Translations under genes and position numbers: made by a program
Notes under the pieces: generated by a model
Database searches by the model: none
Seen by the model: the letters and a program-made list of their open reading frames with translations, nothing else
What the model was told of the DNA's origin: nothing
Shown here: positions 52,306-64,000 of the stretch, one piece after another
Numbering within the stretch: position 1 is the stretch's first letter
Layout of the letters: each line of letters opens with the position of its first letter
Source of the DNA: Trichoplax adhaerens
Taxonomy: Eukaryota > Animalia > Placozoa
NCBI RefSeq assembly: GCF_000150275.1
Contig: NW_002060950.1
Span: 1,724,106-1,788,105, forward strand
DNA: 64,000 nt
Direction of reading: 5' to 3'

Positions 52306-55300
52306 ATGCTTAGAACCGTTGTCCTGAAAAGAGGAAATATTGGCTATGGATTTAGCATTAACAGTAAAGCACCAGCCGTAATTGAAGCAATTGTTAAAGA
52401 TAGTGCTGCTGATTATGCTGCACTACAGGTTGGAGATATTATGTACGAAATTAACGATGTCGAGGTCGACAAGCTACATTACGACAGCATTATACGATTA
52501 ATTACCAATCCAAATGATTCACTAAAATTATTAGTCGAATGTAAAAAGAAGAACCCTCATTTATTACCCTCTGGTACATTTTGGAGTCCTAGGAGAGTCT
52601 CGATCGTTCATGACGTCAAGAAAAATAAAAGATTTCTAGCTGCAAAAAAAAATTTATCAGACTCCAAATCAAAAAGTGATTCCAATATTAAGAATGGTAC
52701 GAACCCATTGCTTGCAGAATTACAGAAAGATTCACTCTTTGCAAAGATGAGAGCTCGTATCAATTCTCAAGAGTCAGACAATGAATACAGCGACAGTGAT
52801 ACAGACTCATCACTACCACCTCCAATGAAAGCATTAACTGTGAACAAGAAAAAGAATGCAGATCAAGATCGAGGTACTAATCGATTTAGTATCACTTATT
52901 CTGCAAGTAAAATACATTCTTCATTAAGTGGGCATTTAGAAAATACAAGTACGGGTGATATGCTCGATGCTGTCATTGTTAAGTTTGTTGGCAGTAGAGC
53001 ATTCACGCATGATGAAAATTTCTATTCTAAATCATTATCGGAAATTCGTGATTGTATGCAAGAATTAAAACAAGATCAAGAAAATCGTTTATTATTGACC
53101 TTATTCCAATTTAGAAATAGTTCAATTTGTATCAAATCTAGCAGTGGCGAAATTAATCAATGTTATAATATTGATCAATTGGCTGTTACTGGAACATGCT
53201 TGGACGACAAACATTTCTTTGGCTTAGTTTTTTGCGATAAGAAAGATGGCGCAAAATCAATCTTTTCATTACATTTATACAAGTGTCTCAGTGTTAAGTG
53301 CAATTATGACCAGGCAGCGCAGCAGTTTCATATCCATCGATCAAAAGTAGAAATACCATCATTACCTCAATCATTGTTGAGAAAGCTTTCAAATTTACAC
53401 ATGCAGTATGCTGATAATAAGCTCAGTGATTGCAAAACTCCAATTATGATTGATAACAATGATTTACCGGAAATGAAAAATAAATATATCAAAATCAGAA
53501 CTGTTCGTTCTGATACTGCTATTGATGATATACCACAACAATTAAATAGCAACGATAAAGTTACTGGAGGGAAAAGATCCAGTAGTCATGTCGTTACTTA
53601 CACTGACAGCGAAAATAATCATCAGAATAAAAGGTTAAAAACAAGGCAAAAAAGTTAGTAAATTTCCATACATTATATTTCGTGCTCATTTCTGTACAGT
53701 AAAACACTTAGTGCAATTCTATTGCAAACGTCTTATTTGATTTACTCTTATAAATTAGGTGAAATTATGCATAATAGCGATCAGTCCGAACAGGTCTCTA
53801 ATCCAATGTCCGACGAAAAGATAAACCAGCAGCCTGATGTAACACCAAGTAAAGATCGCGTTGCAACTTGGAAAACTAAGATTGAACTCTTACTGGTGGA
53901 TCCTGCCGGGATTCGTATATTCTACGTAAGTTTTAATTTATACATTTTATATGCTTTAACATATCTAGCTATCAACAATCTTGCCGGTACTAATTTCATT
54001 GACTCTGTAGGAGTATCTTATGAAAGAACATAGTGAAGAAAATATCTTGTTTTTGCACGCATGCCAGAAATTTAAGAAACTCCCTACAACGGAAATCGCT
54101 GAGGTTAATTTTCAAGGACTTTCGATTTCTATTAGCTCTCTTTTTATCATAAAAGTCGGTATATTATTATCTTATGATCGTTTTGGATATTACTTAACAT
54201 GTATAGATTAAGAAATTCTCATCTGCTATATATCGTACATACTTGGCGGATGATGCAGCTATGCCTATCAATGTCGATTACATTGTATTAAAGACGATCA
54301 GAAAGTATCTGAAATCGCCAAATGTGACTATGTTTGATATGGCTCAAAGACAGGTTTGAATCAACATCTTGAATTACATTATGTAATGTCCAGTATATAT
54401 ACATGTATGATTATGTATAGTGAGAAAATTAAGAAATATTAAGGATATGCTATCAAAATTTTTTGCTTTAGATCATCAATCTATTAAAATTTGATAGTTA
54501 CCAAAGATTTTTAAATTCGGAACTATATAAAACGCTGCTAAGTAAGGAAGCTGAAAAGAAATTAGTCCTAAATAATGAAATTGATGTCCTCATTGATCAT
54601 GTATTCGTGACTACTTCAGTAAGTTTATCCTACTTTTAACATTTCTTACTCTTTTTTCTATAAACTATCATAAGGAGCAAGTACAGAACACTTTAAAATA
54701 TTCGTTATGTATTTGCAAATATAATTCTATTACTATTGTTATGTTCTTCAATAATAAGCTCACTCCGTGAGTAAGATTGATAACCGCATTCTATTATTAG
54801 TTGATCGGTATTTATAGCTACACGAGGTTACACCTCGATACGATTACAGTTTATACTTCGCACTACAATTAGTAACTTATCAGTCCGCCTTTTACAATGT
54901 TATCACCTACTGTATTACAAGTACTACCATACAATCATCATATACGTACATTTATAGTGTTTCCTTTATTTATGCCTTTATGGTTAAGATATCGTATTTA
55001 ATCTATTACGAACTATATATACAACAATTACGCCATTGCATCCTTATATTGAAATGTTACGTATGAATTAACATTTTAATTAGAGTGTACGATATACCGA
55101 TCCGAATAGATAATGTGCGCTTGTTTTAAATTTGTCGATTGATGGATTATAACTGTGTGTCTCTAAAGAGTTTATCGTTTCAACTTTTCTTTCAAATTGA
55201 TCAATTACTTCAAAGCCATAATTAGTAAATTGATCAAGTTGTTTTTAGTCATTATGATCGCAAATGAGTAGATATCAAAAATATTTGAGATTACTGAAAA

Positions 55301-55695
55301 TCGTACTTCAGATTGTGACCTAAAAACTCATTCTATTTTAATTTCTGTAATAGGAAAATTTGAATGCAGATAAGAAGACGAATGAGAACAAAAATTTGAA
55401 AGGTAAATATCGTTTTTAAGCCATTCTTGTTTTATTCAAAGAAGTAGCACTCTTTATTCTTAGTGCTTCTAGTATCTCATTCTTGTATAATTTACATTTA
55501 ATAAAGTCAATAAACCCCCCTCGAAGTTTAATCATTCGCTCAAGCAACGTAAGTTATTTCCTGCGATGGCTTTATTTTAATGCATACTAAGTCCAATATT
55601 TTTAGATACCTCATGTATAACAGCTGACTTTACTGTAAACAGGTATATTCGGAAGGAAAGGTGCTCAAGCTGACAATAAAGAAAATGTTTGCTGA
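52306..55695 (+). CDS. RGS12: RGS12/loco-like regulator of G-protein signaling (PDZ-PTB-RGS)
   Basis: PDZ (GYGFSI...SAADYAALQVGD) and a PTB-like segment (DDKHFFGLV) lie in exon 52306-53653. The RGS box (RVATW, LLVDPAG, KEHSEENILFLHAC, FDSYQRFLNSELY) is in the following exons. The spliced end reads RIFGRKGAQADNKENVC* (TGA 55693-55695). Confidence 0.82.
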
Positions 55696-56845
55696 TAGAA
55701 AATTAGATTGTCTTATAACTACAGATTGTAAATCACTGCGGAATTTTAAACTAATCTTTTACTCAAATTAATTGGCAATTCTTTTAGCTATAAAACTTGT
55801 AAAGTCTTCAAGGTTGTCTATTAAGCCACAATGATTTTATGCCATTAATGAATAGGCAACGTAGTGATTAGCGAAACTCGTTTTACTAATAATCTGTTAG
55901 CAAATCATTAAGCCAGTATAGCTTTATCTCATGCAGTATCATGGTTGATAAATGGCTTATGACATGGTAAATATCATATATTTATGCCTAAGAGATAGAT
56001 CAGTTTTTACAGATATTTTATACGTTTTATGTATCGTTGAGAGTCACACTTTTGTATTGATTATCATATAGTATAGCACTTGGATTGCAAATGATTTTAT
56101 AAGATTTCTCTGATATAATCAACACCTGCCTGGTGAATCATGTAAATTTACTATATTGGTAATAATAAATATATAATAGGTTATAGATCAACTTTATGAA
56201 TAGGCACGATATTGCAGTAGCTGTATTTTTATTTTTATATTGTAATTTTTACTCATATTAATATTAAAAAGTGGATAATACGAATTTGATTCTTCTTGAA
56301 CGACACAATAAATTAATTATATGTTCGAATTTGTATCTATAGCTATGAAACTACTATAGTTGAATCAATTTCACGTATTCTTAAATGTAAAGCCTATTTT
56401 AGCAAACATTGCAAAAATTTTAGAACTAAAATTGTTTGCATGAGATAACGAACAGTGATCTATAAAACAGCTCAATATAAGGCTGCAATAGCATTCTAAA
56501 AATTTCACTGTATAAAGCTTATTTCTTATAGGAAATGTCGTCAATTGATATTGAATATTATCTTATTGGTTTAATTGGAGATTCATCCAAAATGTGTATA
56601 CCTATATTATAATTGTCCAAGCAATGTGGCAACTGCATACACGTTGTCCACGCAGATCACACTGTCTTTTCTTAGAGCAATAAAAATCTTTTTGACGCAA
56701 ATTCAAGAAATTAACATCAGAATTAATTATGCTACTGAGTGTAGACTCGTTTATCCTAGTAGGCATTTATTAATTATAGTCTAATTGTAGTTGTTTTCTA
56801 AACTAATACCCTATGTTATAGGGAGAAAAACAACTGGTTGGAACA

Positions 56846-57852
56846 CTAATTTTCTTTACCAAAGACAGTTCTTTGACCTGAGACTAAAAGTCCTCCGATT
56901 ACGGCTAAAATAGTGGCGCCTTGGGCCCCAACTCTAGCTCTCATCATCATTTGCGACATTTTCTGATCCCCTCTTCGGAAGTTGACCAAACCATAACTTA
57001 AAGCGACCGTAGTTGCTAACATACCTAAAAATGTCCATTACCAGAATAATAAGCATCTTTTAGTTACGTCTATTTAGCTTGAAAAGCTACCGTGATATAG
57101 TACGTGTAGCATAGTACAGCAATGAAGTGTAAAATCTGATCTTTTGGTAAAGTGCTTTACGGTATTACCAACATCACCAATTTACTGTAAGTTCTCTTCT
57201 ATCTAGCATAACTTTCTTTGATTATAATTATATATGTCGATTGTGCACCTGTACTGCAACATATATAAATGATGACAATTATAATTATCATTTTAGTCGA
57301 CACGGCTACTAACTGTGAGTAGGATAAACAGTTATTATCGCACTATCAATAACGACTGGCGTGCCATCCATGCATTAATAATATTGATTTGATCAAGTAT
57401 CTTTACTACTCATCCTTCATCATTGCCTAATCATTGGGAATTGTTGAATTAATTTTATACGTGCTACCGCACACTTGGCGGTACGCTTGATTAAGGTAAT
57501 AATATGCAGTATTATTATTGTAGAAATGAAGAGAGCATTAACCTAGTGGTACAAAAGGATTTTCTTTAAATTTTCTTAGCAACTTTTGAAAAGGAGTTTC
57601 CTCAATCATTAATGCATTGATATCAGGCTGTGTATTGGGTTGTTTCGCTGCCTCCAAAGCTGATTGTTCTTTAGCTTCTTTTAATGCCTGAAAAGCGGCA
57701 GCTCGTTCCTCAGCCTCTTTAACTAGTGCAGAATTTTGAGCATTTTCGTCGATAGTTTTGCCCTTTTGCCCTTGAAGTATCGCTTCTCTATGGGCGATTG
57801 TTCTGGCATGTCTTTCAGCATCCTTAGCTGGATCTCGTTCAATGCCAACCAT
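56846..57852 (-). CDS. HIG1 domain family protein (HIGD2A/Rcf1-like), exons 57852-57543 and 57024-56846
   Basis: ETPFQKLLRKFKENPFVPLG|MLATTVALSYGLVNFRRGDQKMSQMMMRARVGAQGATILAV is a canonical HIG1 domain. The splice is in phase and ends at TAG 56846-56848. Confidence 0.9.
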
Positions 57853-58152
57853 CGCAGATGTCTGTAGAAATTGCACTGATCTTACGAAACTCCTTCACTT
57901 GATACAAGTAATTAATTCCACTATAGTACAGTACAGTACTATCGTGTTTTGTCGGCTTGCTAATGTGGTCGATACGCTCTCGGTCAATACGGTGCACCGT
58001 AGTATCGTAAACTGGCTGGATTAGACTACAACTCGCTGAGTGTCTTGTGAACGTAAGGTGCCCCATTCACTCTGGTAACAGTACCATGCGTGGTCGCTGA
58101 TCATATTGGGCAAGATTCATCTGGAGATTGTAAATCTTGGAGTAGCTTGGCG
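57853..58152. promoter_or_regulatory. Compact bidirectional promoter between HIGD2-like and MRPL35
   Basis: Only ~300 bp separates the two head-to-head ATGs. It contains TAGTACAGTACAGTACTA (~57924-57941) and the palindrome TACGGTGCACCGTA. Confidence 0.6.
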
Positions 58153-59401
58153 ATGGCGTCCTTAATCCTGACGGCAATGCGAGGTTCTATCATGAGAAGT
58201 TTAGCCACCTCAGGTAGATTCCATTGTAATGAAATGAAGAGAATGATTTTATTTCAATGATGATGTTGTTGTGTCGTACATTTACGTTTTTCTGCCATAT
58301 TATGAGCAACTTGATCATGGCGTTCAAATAACTCGTTTGAAACAGATTCCGTGTATGCTGTGTATAATAGGATAACTTACAAATGTACATGTGGTTACGA
58401 CTACTTGGAGTACTTTTGAACAATGTGGAAAGAACGCTGAAATGTTTTGTAAATTTGGACATAGTTTGAGTCAAAGTTGATAGCATAGAGGCTTTACTGT
58501 TGTCGGTGTTCTTTCAGTGTTGTAGCGTGTTAGTGCATTGTATGGTTCAACATGCAAAGATGCTAAGTGCTCTTAGCGTAATCGAATGCCTTAGTAAATC
58601 ATGCTGCATAACAGGAATTATCGATAAAAATAATGATTGTACGGGTATATCTGCTCGGATGCCTTATATGTAATTACAATTTGATTCTCGTTGGCTGCAA
58701 GATGCACCCCTTCCATACTTTACTGTAGTAGCGGTAATATAGGACTACCTAGCCAGTTGCAGGGACATTTCAGGATCAATATACGAATAATATCCTTGCA
58801 TCTGCTGCAGATTTGCTTATTTACGATATGTTTTCAATGATTCTAGTACACACTAAATGATTGTATTCTTGCATGCATGCATCTAGTAGGCAGTAGCTAA
58901 TAAATGCTAATGATCTTTCAATGAAATTTCTCACTTGTTTGCATGTATTTTTCAGCTTGTAGATATAGCACATTACCATCTTTTACGTCACAAATGATGC
59001 CTAAGGGATGGCTACCCGGTCATTCTAATATTGCCAGTTTAAAATTGATTTCATATCGTTCGTATCAAAGCATTCCGCAAACCTACGCATCGAATGGCCG
59101 TCCGAATCTATTTCTATTCAACTCAATATGGAGGAACAATACTTTCAATCCGATAGGAAAGCAACCCAATCGTAGCATTGTCGTGTACAGCAAAAAAGGG
59201 AAAAGGAAAACCGTTAAAGCTGTTGTCAAGAGATTTAAAATGCTCGGTAGTGGTAAAATTAAGCGTTGGAAATGTGGTAGACGTCACTTGGCTTTAAGCA
59301 AATCGAAAAAGAACCGCCGACATCTAAGAAAGCCTACTTTTTGCAGTAATAAGCAGGCAAAGTTATTGAAACAAATGGTCAATCAAAAGAAATGGCGTTA
59401 A
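58153..59401 (+). CDS. MRPL35: Mitochondrial ribosomal protein L35 (bL35m), exons 58153-58183 and 58956-59401
   Basis: YSKKGKRKTVKAVVKRFKMLGSGKIKRWKCGRRH...KKNRRHLRK...CSNKQAKLLKQM is the L35 signature. The first exon MASLILTAMR is inferred from its phase-1 match to the acceptor at 58955. Confidence 0.88.
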
Positions 59402-60053
59402 TGCGATCCATAGCTCAAAGCATCTGTTATTATTACTACAATTGCATTCTATCTTGTATCTTCAAATCGGAAGATAAACTCAGATACAGAGTACTTTGCT
59501 TTAGATTTGCTTCATTTAATAATTATGCAACTCTGTACAAAAGTTAATGTATCTAATTACTGAATTGAGGAAAATATACTGTATAAACTGCCTTTGGTTT
59601 ACACTAGGTGAAAGTGTAAATAAAATTTCAAGTGCTCCACATGTACTCGATTGTGAGATTCATCGATTGCATCCATTTCGTTTTCAGCGCACGTATGTCG
59701 GTCTATATTCTATATACTGTAAGTTCTACTCATCTATATACACGTAGTCTGGTTTCAAGATCAGATTGAAACGTATTGGATATGAAGTATGAGAGTGAGA
59801 ACCACATGGATGCAATAGTTGGTCCATGACGATATTGTTTGTTGAGAAGGACTTTCTCTCTATTCATTATGCTTCAATATGACTGCAAGGTAGTCGGCAG
59901 TTTGTGGATGCTATTTGTCTATCATCGTCATCAGAAAATTTATGAGTGCAACTGCATGATATTCTTGAATCGTTTGTAAGCGGTTGTTGTAACCGATAAT
60001 TTGAAAACATTGTGTCTCGATCAAGCTTATCCATGGCAACAAATTGAACTACC

Positions 60054-60085
60054 AATACTGAGTGAACAAGTGTTCACTCAGTATT
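60054..60085. repeat. Perfect 15-bp inverted repeat with 2-nt loop
   Basis: AATACTGAGTGAACA-AG-TGTTCACTCAGTATT. Confidence 0.9.
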
Positions 60086-60487
60086 AGTAACAGCAAGCTT
60101 TCAATCCAACGTTTGAGGTATAGGCTTGCAAAACGCTTGACCATTGCGGATCAAGGTGAAAGAACGACTGCTACAAAAGCTGTCGTCAAAATGCATCAAA
60201 CTCGTTCTACGCTTGGCTAAAACCGCTCTACACATGCATTACTACCTCACTGAAGACACGAATTTATATCCTCTAAAACGAGTGGACTTGTACGTCCGCT
60301 GATCGACTTGGAGCATCAACTAATGTGATTACAGCTACAGTAACTCCATAAGCATACGTATAAACTCTTGATAGTGCTACATATCCGAAAATGATTGAAA
60401 AGATGGCGCAAAACCAATGCGATGGTAAAGCCTGTTTCTAGACCTGGCTGTTTGATAGCGTATGCCAGCATCGACGTTGCAATCAAC

Positions 60488-61440
60488 GGTACAGTGCACA
60501 GTACCTAGTACCGAACACCATACCGTAGCCCTTGATTGTAGCATTTCGATTCAATACAGTACCGATTGACACGCACGTACACTCGTACAGTGCTCAGGAG
60601 TCACGTGTACTGTACACTGTACAGTACTGTGGGTCAGGTTGACGACTTCAGTCTTGACGTTGACGTCCTAGGCAAAACAATTAACTGGGCGTACAGTACT
60701 ATACCATACAGTACACAGTACGGTTGTTACTGTACTGTACTGTACAGTGTACAGTACAGTACAGTACAGTACAGTGATTTTCCACTTGGTACTGTATTTT
60801 TAGTACAGTCACAGTACTGTACAACTCAACTAGTTACACAGTTTTGTATAAGCAAACCCATTCCCTCACCATAGCGTGACAACAACAGTTGATACGTACC
60901 GGTACTCCACTATGGCACTGGTGTGCCTGTACTGAGGCTGTACAGTACTGTACAATGTACTGTATGTTTATTTATGCAAAACAATTAACTGAGTACTGTA
61001 CTGTACAGTACGTACTGTACAGTAGTGTACTGTACAGTACAGTACTGTAATTTTCCACTTAGTACTGTATTTTTAGTACTGTACAACTTGTACTGTAGTT
61101 ACACAGTTTTGTATAGGCAAACCCATTCCCTCACCATAGCGTGACAACAGCAGTTGATACGTACCGGTACTCCACTATGGCACTGGTGTGCCTGTACTGA
61201 GGCTGTACTGTACACCTGTACTGTATGTTTATTTATGCAAAACAATTAACTGAGTACAGTACTTACTGTACAGTAGGGTACTGTAATTTTCCACTTAGTA
61301 CTGTATTTTTAGTACTGTACAACTAGTTACACAGTTTTGTATAGGCAAACCCATTCTCTAACTATAGCGGGACGACAACAGTTGATACGTACCGGTACTC
61401 CACTATGGCTGGCACTGGTACAGGTAGGATGTTTATTTAC
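60488..61440. repeat. GTAC island containing three tandem ~200-300 bp units upstream of ZFYVE28
   Basis: GCAAAACAATTAACTG...TTTTCCACTT.GTACTGTATTTTTAGTAC...GCAAACCCATTC...GTTGATACGTACCGGTACTCCACTATGGC starts at ~60672, 60976 and 61237. The copies differ mainly in the length of their (CTGTA/TACAG)n tracts. Confidence 0.9.
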
Positions 61441-62069
61441 ACAGTAGCAAGGAAGGTTGAATTGATTGTTGGTCAAAATCGCTTGACCTGCCATAACTTG
61501 AATCCCACTGCAAACGTCCACTTGGACTTGCTTTCATTCCTTTGAATTTTTTTTCACTAAGAAATCAATTCTTGATAGTGTTGAAGACAGACAACAGTCG
61601 TCGAGATTCATAGAAACCAAATTCTATTTGGCTTATTCGTCCAAGGATAGGATGTGGCTGTAAGAAAAAAAAACCAAAATTGCCTTCGTCTAAGAGAAAA
61701 TCAACTTGTAGTCGACGCACTCAACATTAATTGATCGAAGCATCGTTGAAATTTTTCTTTCATCACGGTACCACTCACCGACGTCGCAGTCTCTGATCGC
61801 AATCACTTGATTACTCAGTCAGTAAAATTCATTTCTCGCAGTTGTTGACTGTCTATATTCTCTGTGACACAGCAGATTAGAATTATTTGTAAGAAGCGAC
61901 GAAAACCAATTCAATTCATGAAATACGCGTACTAGAAAAACTTTCAATAACATCATCCAAAGACTTCTCCACAGCGTTTCTACTCTATTACTAGAGGACT
62001 ACATTATTGCTCAATACCTATTTGGTAGGAGGTGCAAACGTTGCCACTGTGTCAAGTTGAAAAATAACC

Positions 62070-64000
62070 ATGTTAAAAGTCAAGCAGTGGATTCAGCCGC
62101 CAAAGGTAATAAGACTAGAAAGTTGATTTTGCATATCTGTCATACTGTACAAATAGGCAATTGATGGACTATTGCATAGTGTCCTTGTACTCTATGGTAT
62201 CCATGTCCAAAGTTTTCACCAGTCAAGAGGCAGGAAATGTCTTATCAGTATTCCTTTTTGTTGACTACTGACTACTTGTATGAAAATTGCGTTACCGTAC
62301 AAGACAAGCGTATGATATCGTCTTACTCTTCTTGCTCTATCGACTCTCACACAGTGTGCTTAAGGAATACCAAAATGAATTTTAATGCCGTAGTCCACCA
62401 GTCAAGGAAATTGTCTTACTTGTTTAAAAATACAGTAGTGGCTTGATTGGATCATAAATCGTTGGTACTGTACTTTACAGCAGTTCTGCGGACTATAGGG
62501 GATATATTGTGTGCTTGTTATTGATGGAAAGTCTGTCATATCATCATCGCTATGTACGGTAAATAGTAAACAGTATCGAAATACCGACATCAATTTCCAT
62601 TCTAAGCATTCTATGAATAAGTTTCTGAGTTGTATCTATTTCAATCATTGAACTACGTAGTATTAACAGAGTGGCCAAAAAAATCACGACGTTTTTCCTT
62701 CAGCTATACTCTACCGACGTAGACAAGTCGTTATGAAACCATCCTGTCATTGAATGTCTTAACTGGCCTCGTTTTTACTACTCAATAGTCGATAATATCA
62801 CTGCAGTGGGTATCGTACCTAAAACACTCGTTTGTATAAGTAATAAGTGAGTGATAATACAACAATAAAATCATGATGGAATCGATAGCGGTATCTAGGT
62901 ATTGGTATCCCCATTAAAATATAAATATAAACCTTCATATCATTATTCAGTCCGTAATGTGATATACTAGTCAATGCACGATAATTGCAGCTTAAATGTT
63001 GGTGGATGAAATGTTTCTTCTTGAGTTGGTGTCTACATATTGATACAATCTAATAATTCTTTCAATATGATGTAACTATGATAAGGAGCCGAATGATATA
63101 CCACCATAACAATATCGGATAACTTGCGTAATACACAGCTATAGCGATATAATTTTACTGTTAATTAAAAGAATTTGATATAAGATATCTTTAAATTACG
63201 CAATAGAGAAATGATACTCGACCTCTGGCCCAATTTTATCACGCCAATGAATCGTTAAATAAAATTATTCGTGAATTGGGAAGTTTTGATGGTAAACAAG
63301 ATGTCCAACGTTGTGCGACTTTAGTTAATAAGCTACGTGAACAACATCAGCTTGTTTATCAGAAAATGACAGCAGTTATGGAAGAGGCTATACCAATGAA
63401 TCTACGTCATCCTCGTCATTATCGTTTAAAATTTCCTGAAGATTTCTTAACCGACAATTTAGGAGGTACGTATCAATATTCTATCGTTTTGATGATTGAT
63501 TGAATCAAAGATATCCGTAAAATTTTATAGTTATGGAATTGTATTAATCAGACATTTTTTTATTTTTGTTTCAAATAGGAATGATCTGGTTCGGAATCGA
63601 GGTAAGAATCCCACTTTCTTAGGGGTATTATTCGATGTATTTTACGACTTTTAATAATGTGTATGCAGTACAAAGTGAGCTATAAATTTTACAATAGTGT
63701 CTTCCGCTCACTGCCTACGAGAATATCAATTTAAATATGGCTAGTTACAGTAGAAGATACATCTTTATATAGCTTAAAACCTTCAATTCTTAATATTACC
63801 TAACGAAAACAATTATGGTGATTACAAGAGACTAATAAACAAATTGCAAGTAAAATTCATGTTCCATTTGCAATCGTAACTTGTAATAGGGGATCTCAGC
63901 TGGTAGTGCAGTTCTAAATCACGAGGAGGAAAGCCAGGAAATGAAACCTTTAGCAGCAGAATTGCATAAGCAATTAAATACAGTGCGGGACCGGCTCAAA
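62070..64000 (+). CDS. ZFYVE28: Lateral signaling target protein 2 homolog (LST2/ZFYVE28), 5' part, runs off the window
   Basis: MLKVKQWIQPPK|RNDTRPLAQFYHANESLNKIIRELGSFDGKQDVQRC...KFPEDFLTDNLGG|MIWFGIE|GISAGSAVLNHEEESQEMKPLA matches the LST2 N-terminus. Confidence 0.88.

Noticed and set aside
53654-53658. Stop codon ending the RGS12 ORF, suggesting a separate PDZ-PTB gene or a pseudogene
   Set aside because: The TAG lies within a GTTAGT splice donor that joins in phase to the exon starting at ~53759.

Overview
AT-rich, intron-dense animal genomic DNA. The short introns, compact genes and gene set suggest an early-branching animal such as a placozoan (Trichoplax-like); this is an inference, not a database match. 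Manual splicing supports eleven genes: NOP14 (+), FAM166/CIMIP2-like (+), Attractin (+), WBP1/VOPP1-like (-), CCDC125 (+), MRPL43 (-, absent from the ORF track), NOVA (-), a short RGS12/loco (+), HIGD2-like (-), MRPL35 (+) and the 5' part of ZFYVE28/LST2 (+). The most unusual feature is non-coding. Dense self-complementary 'GTAC islands' (TACTGTACAGTA-type) lie upstream of 9 of the 11 genes, including all three divergent gene pairs. They are essentially absent from gene bodies and are often next to local tandem duplications. Also present: a ~100-bp degenerate minisatellite, a probable MITE, several strong hairpins (one duplicated with a compensatory base-pair change), candidate GC-AG introns, and a gene set matching the vertebrate 4p16/5q35/10q24/2p11-13/20p13 paralogon. 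No rRNA, tRNA, true CRISPR array or autonomous transposon was found.
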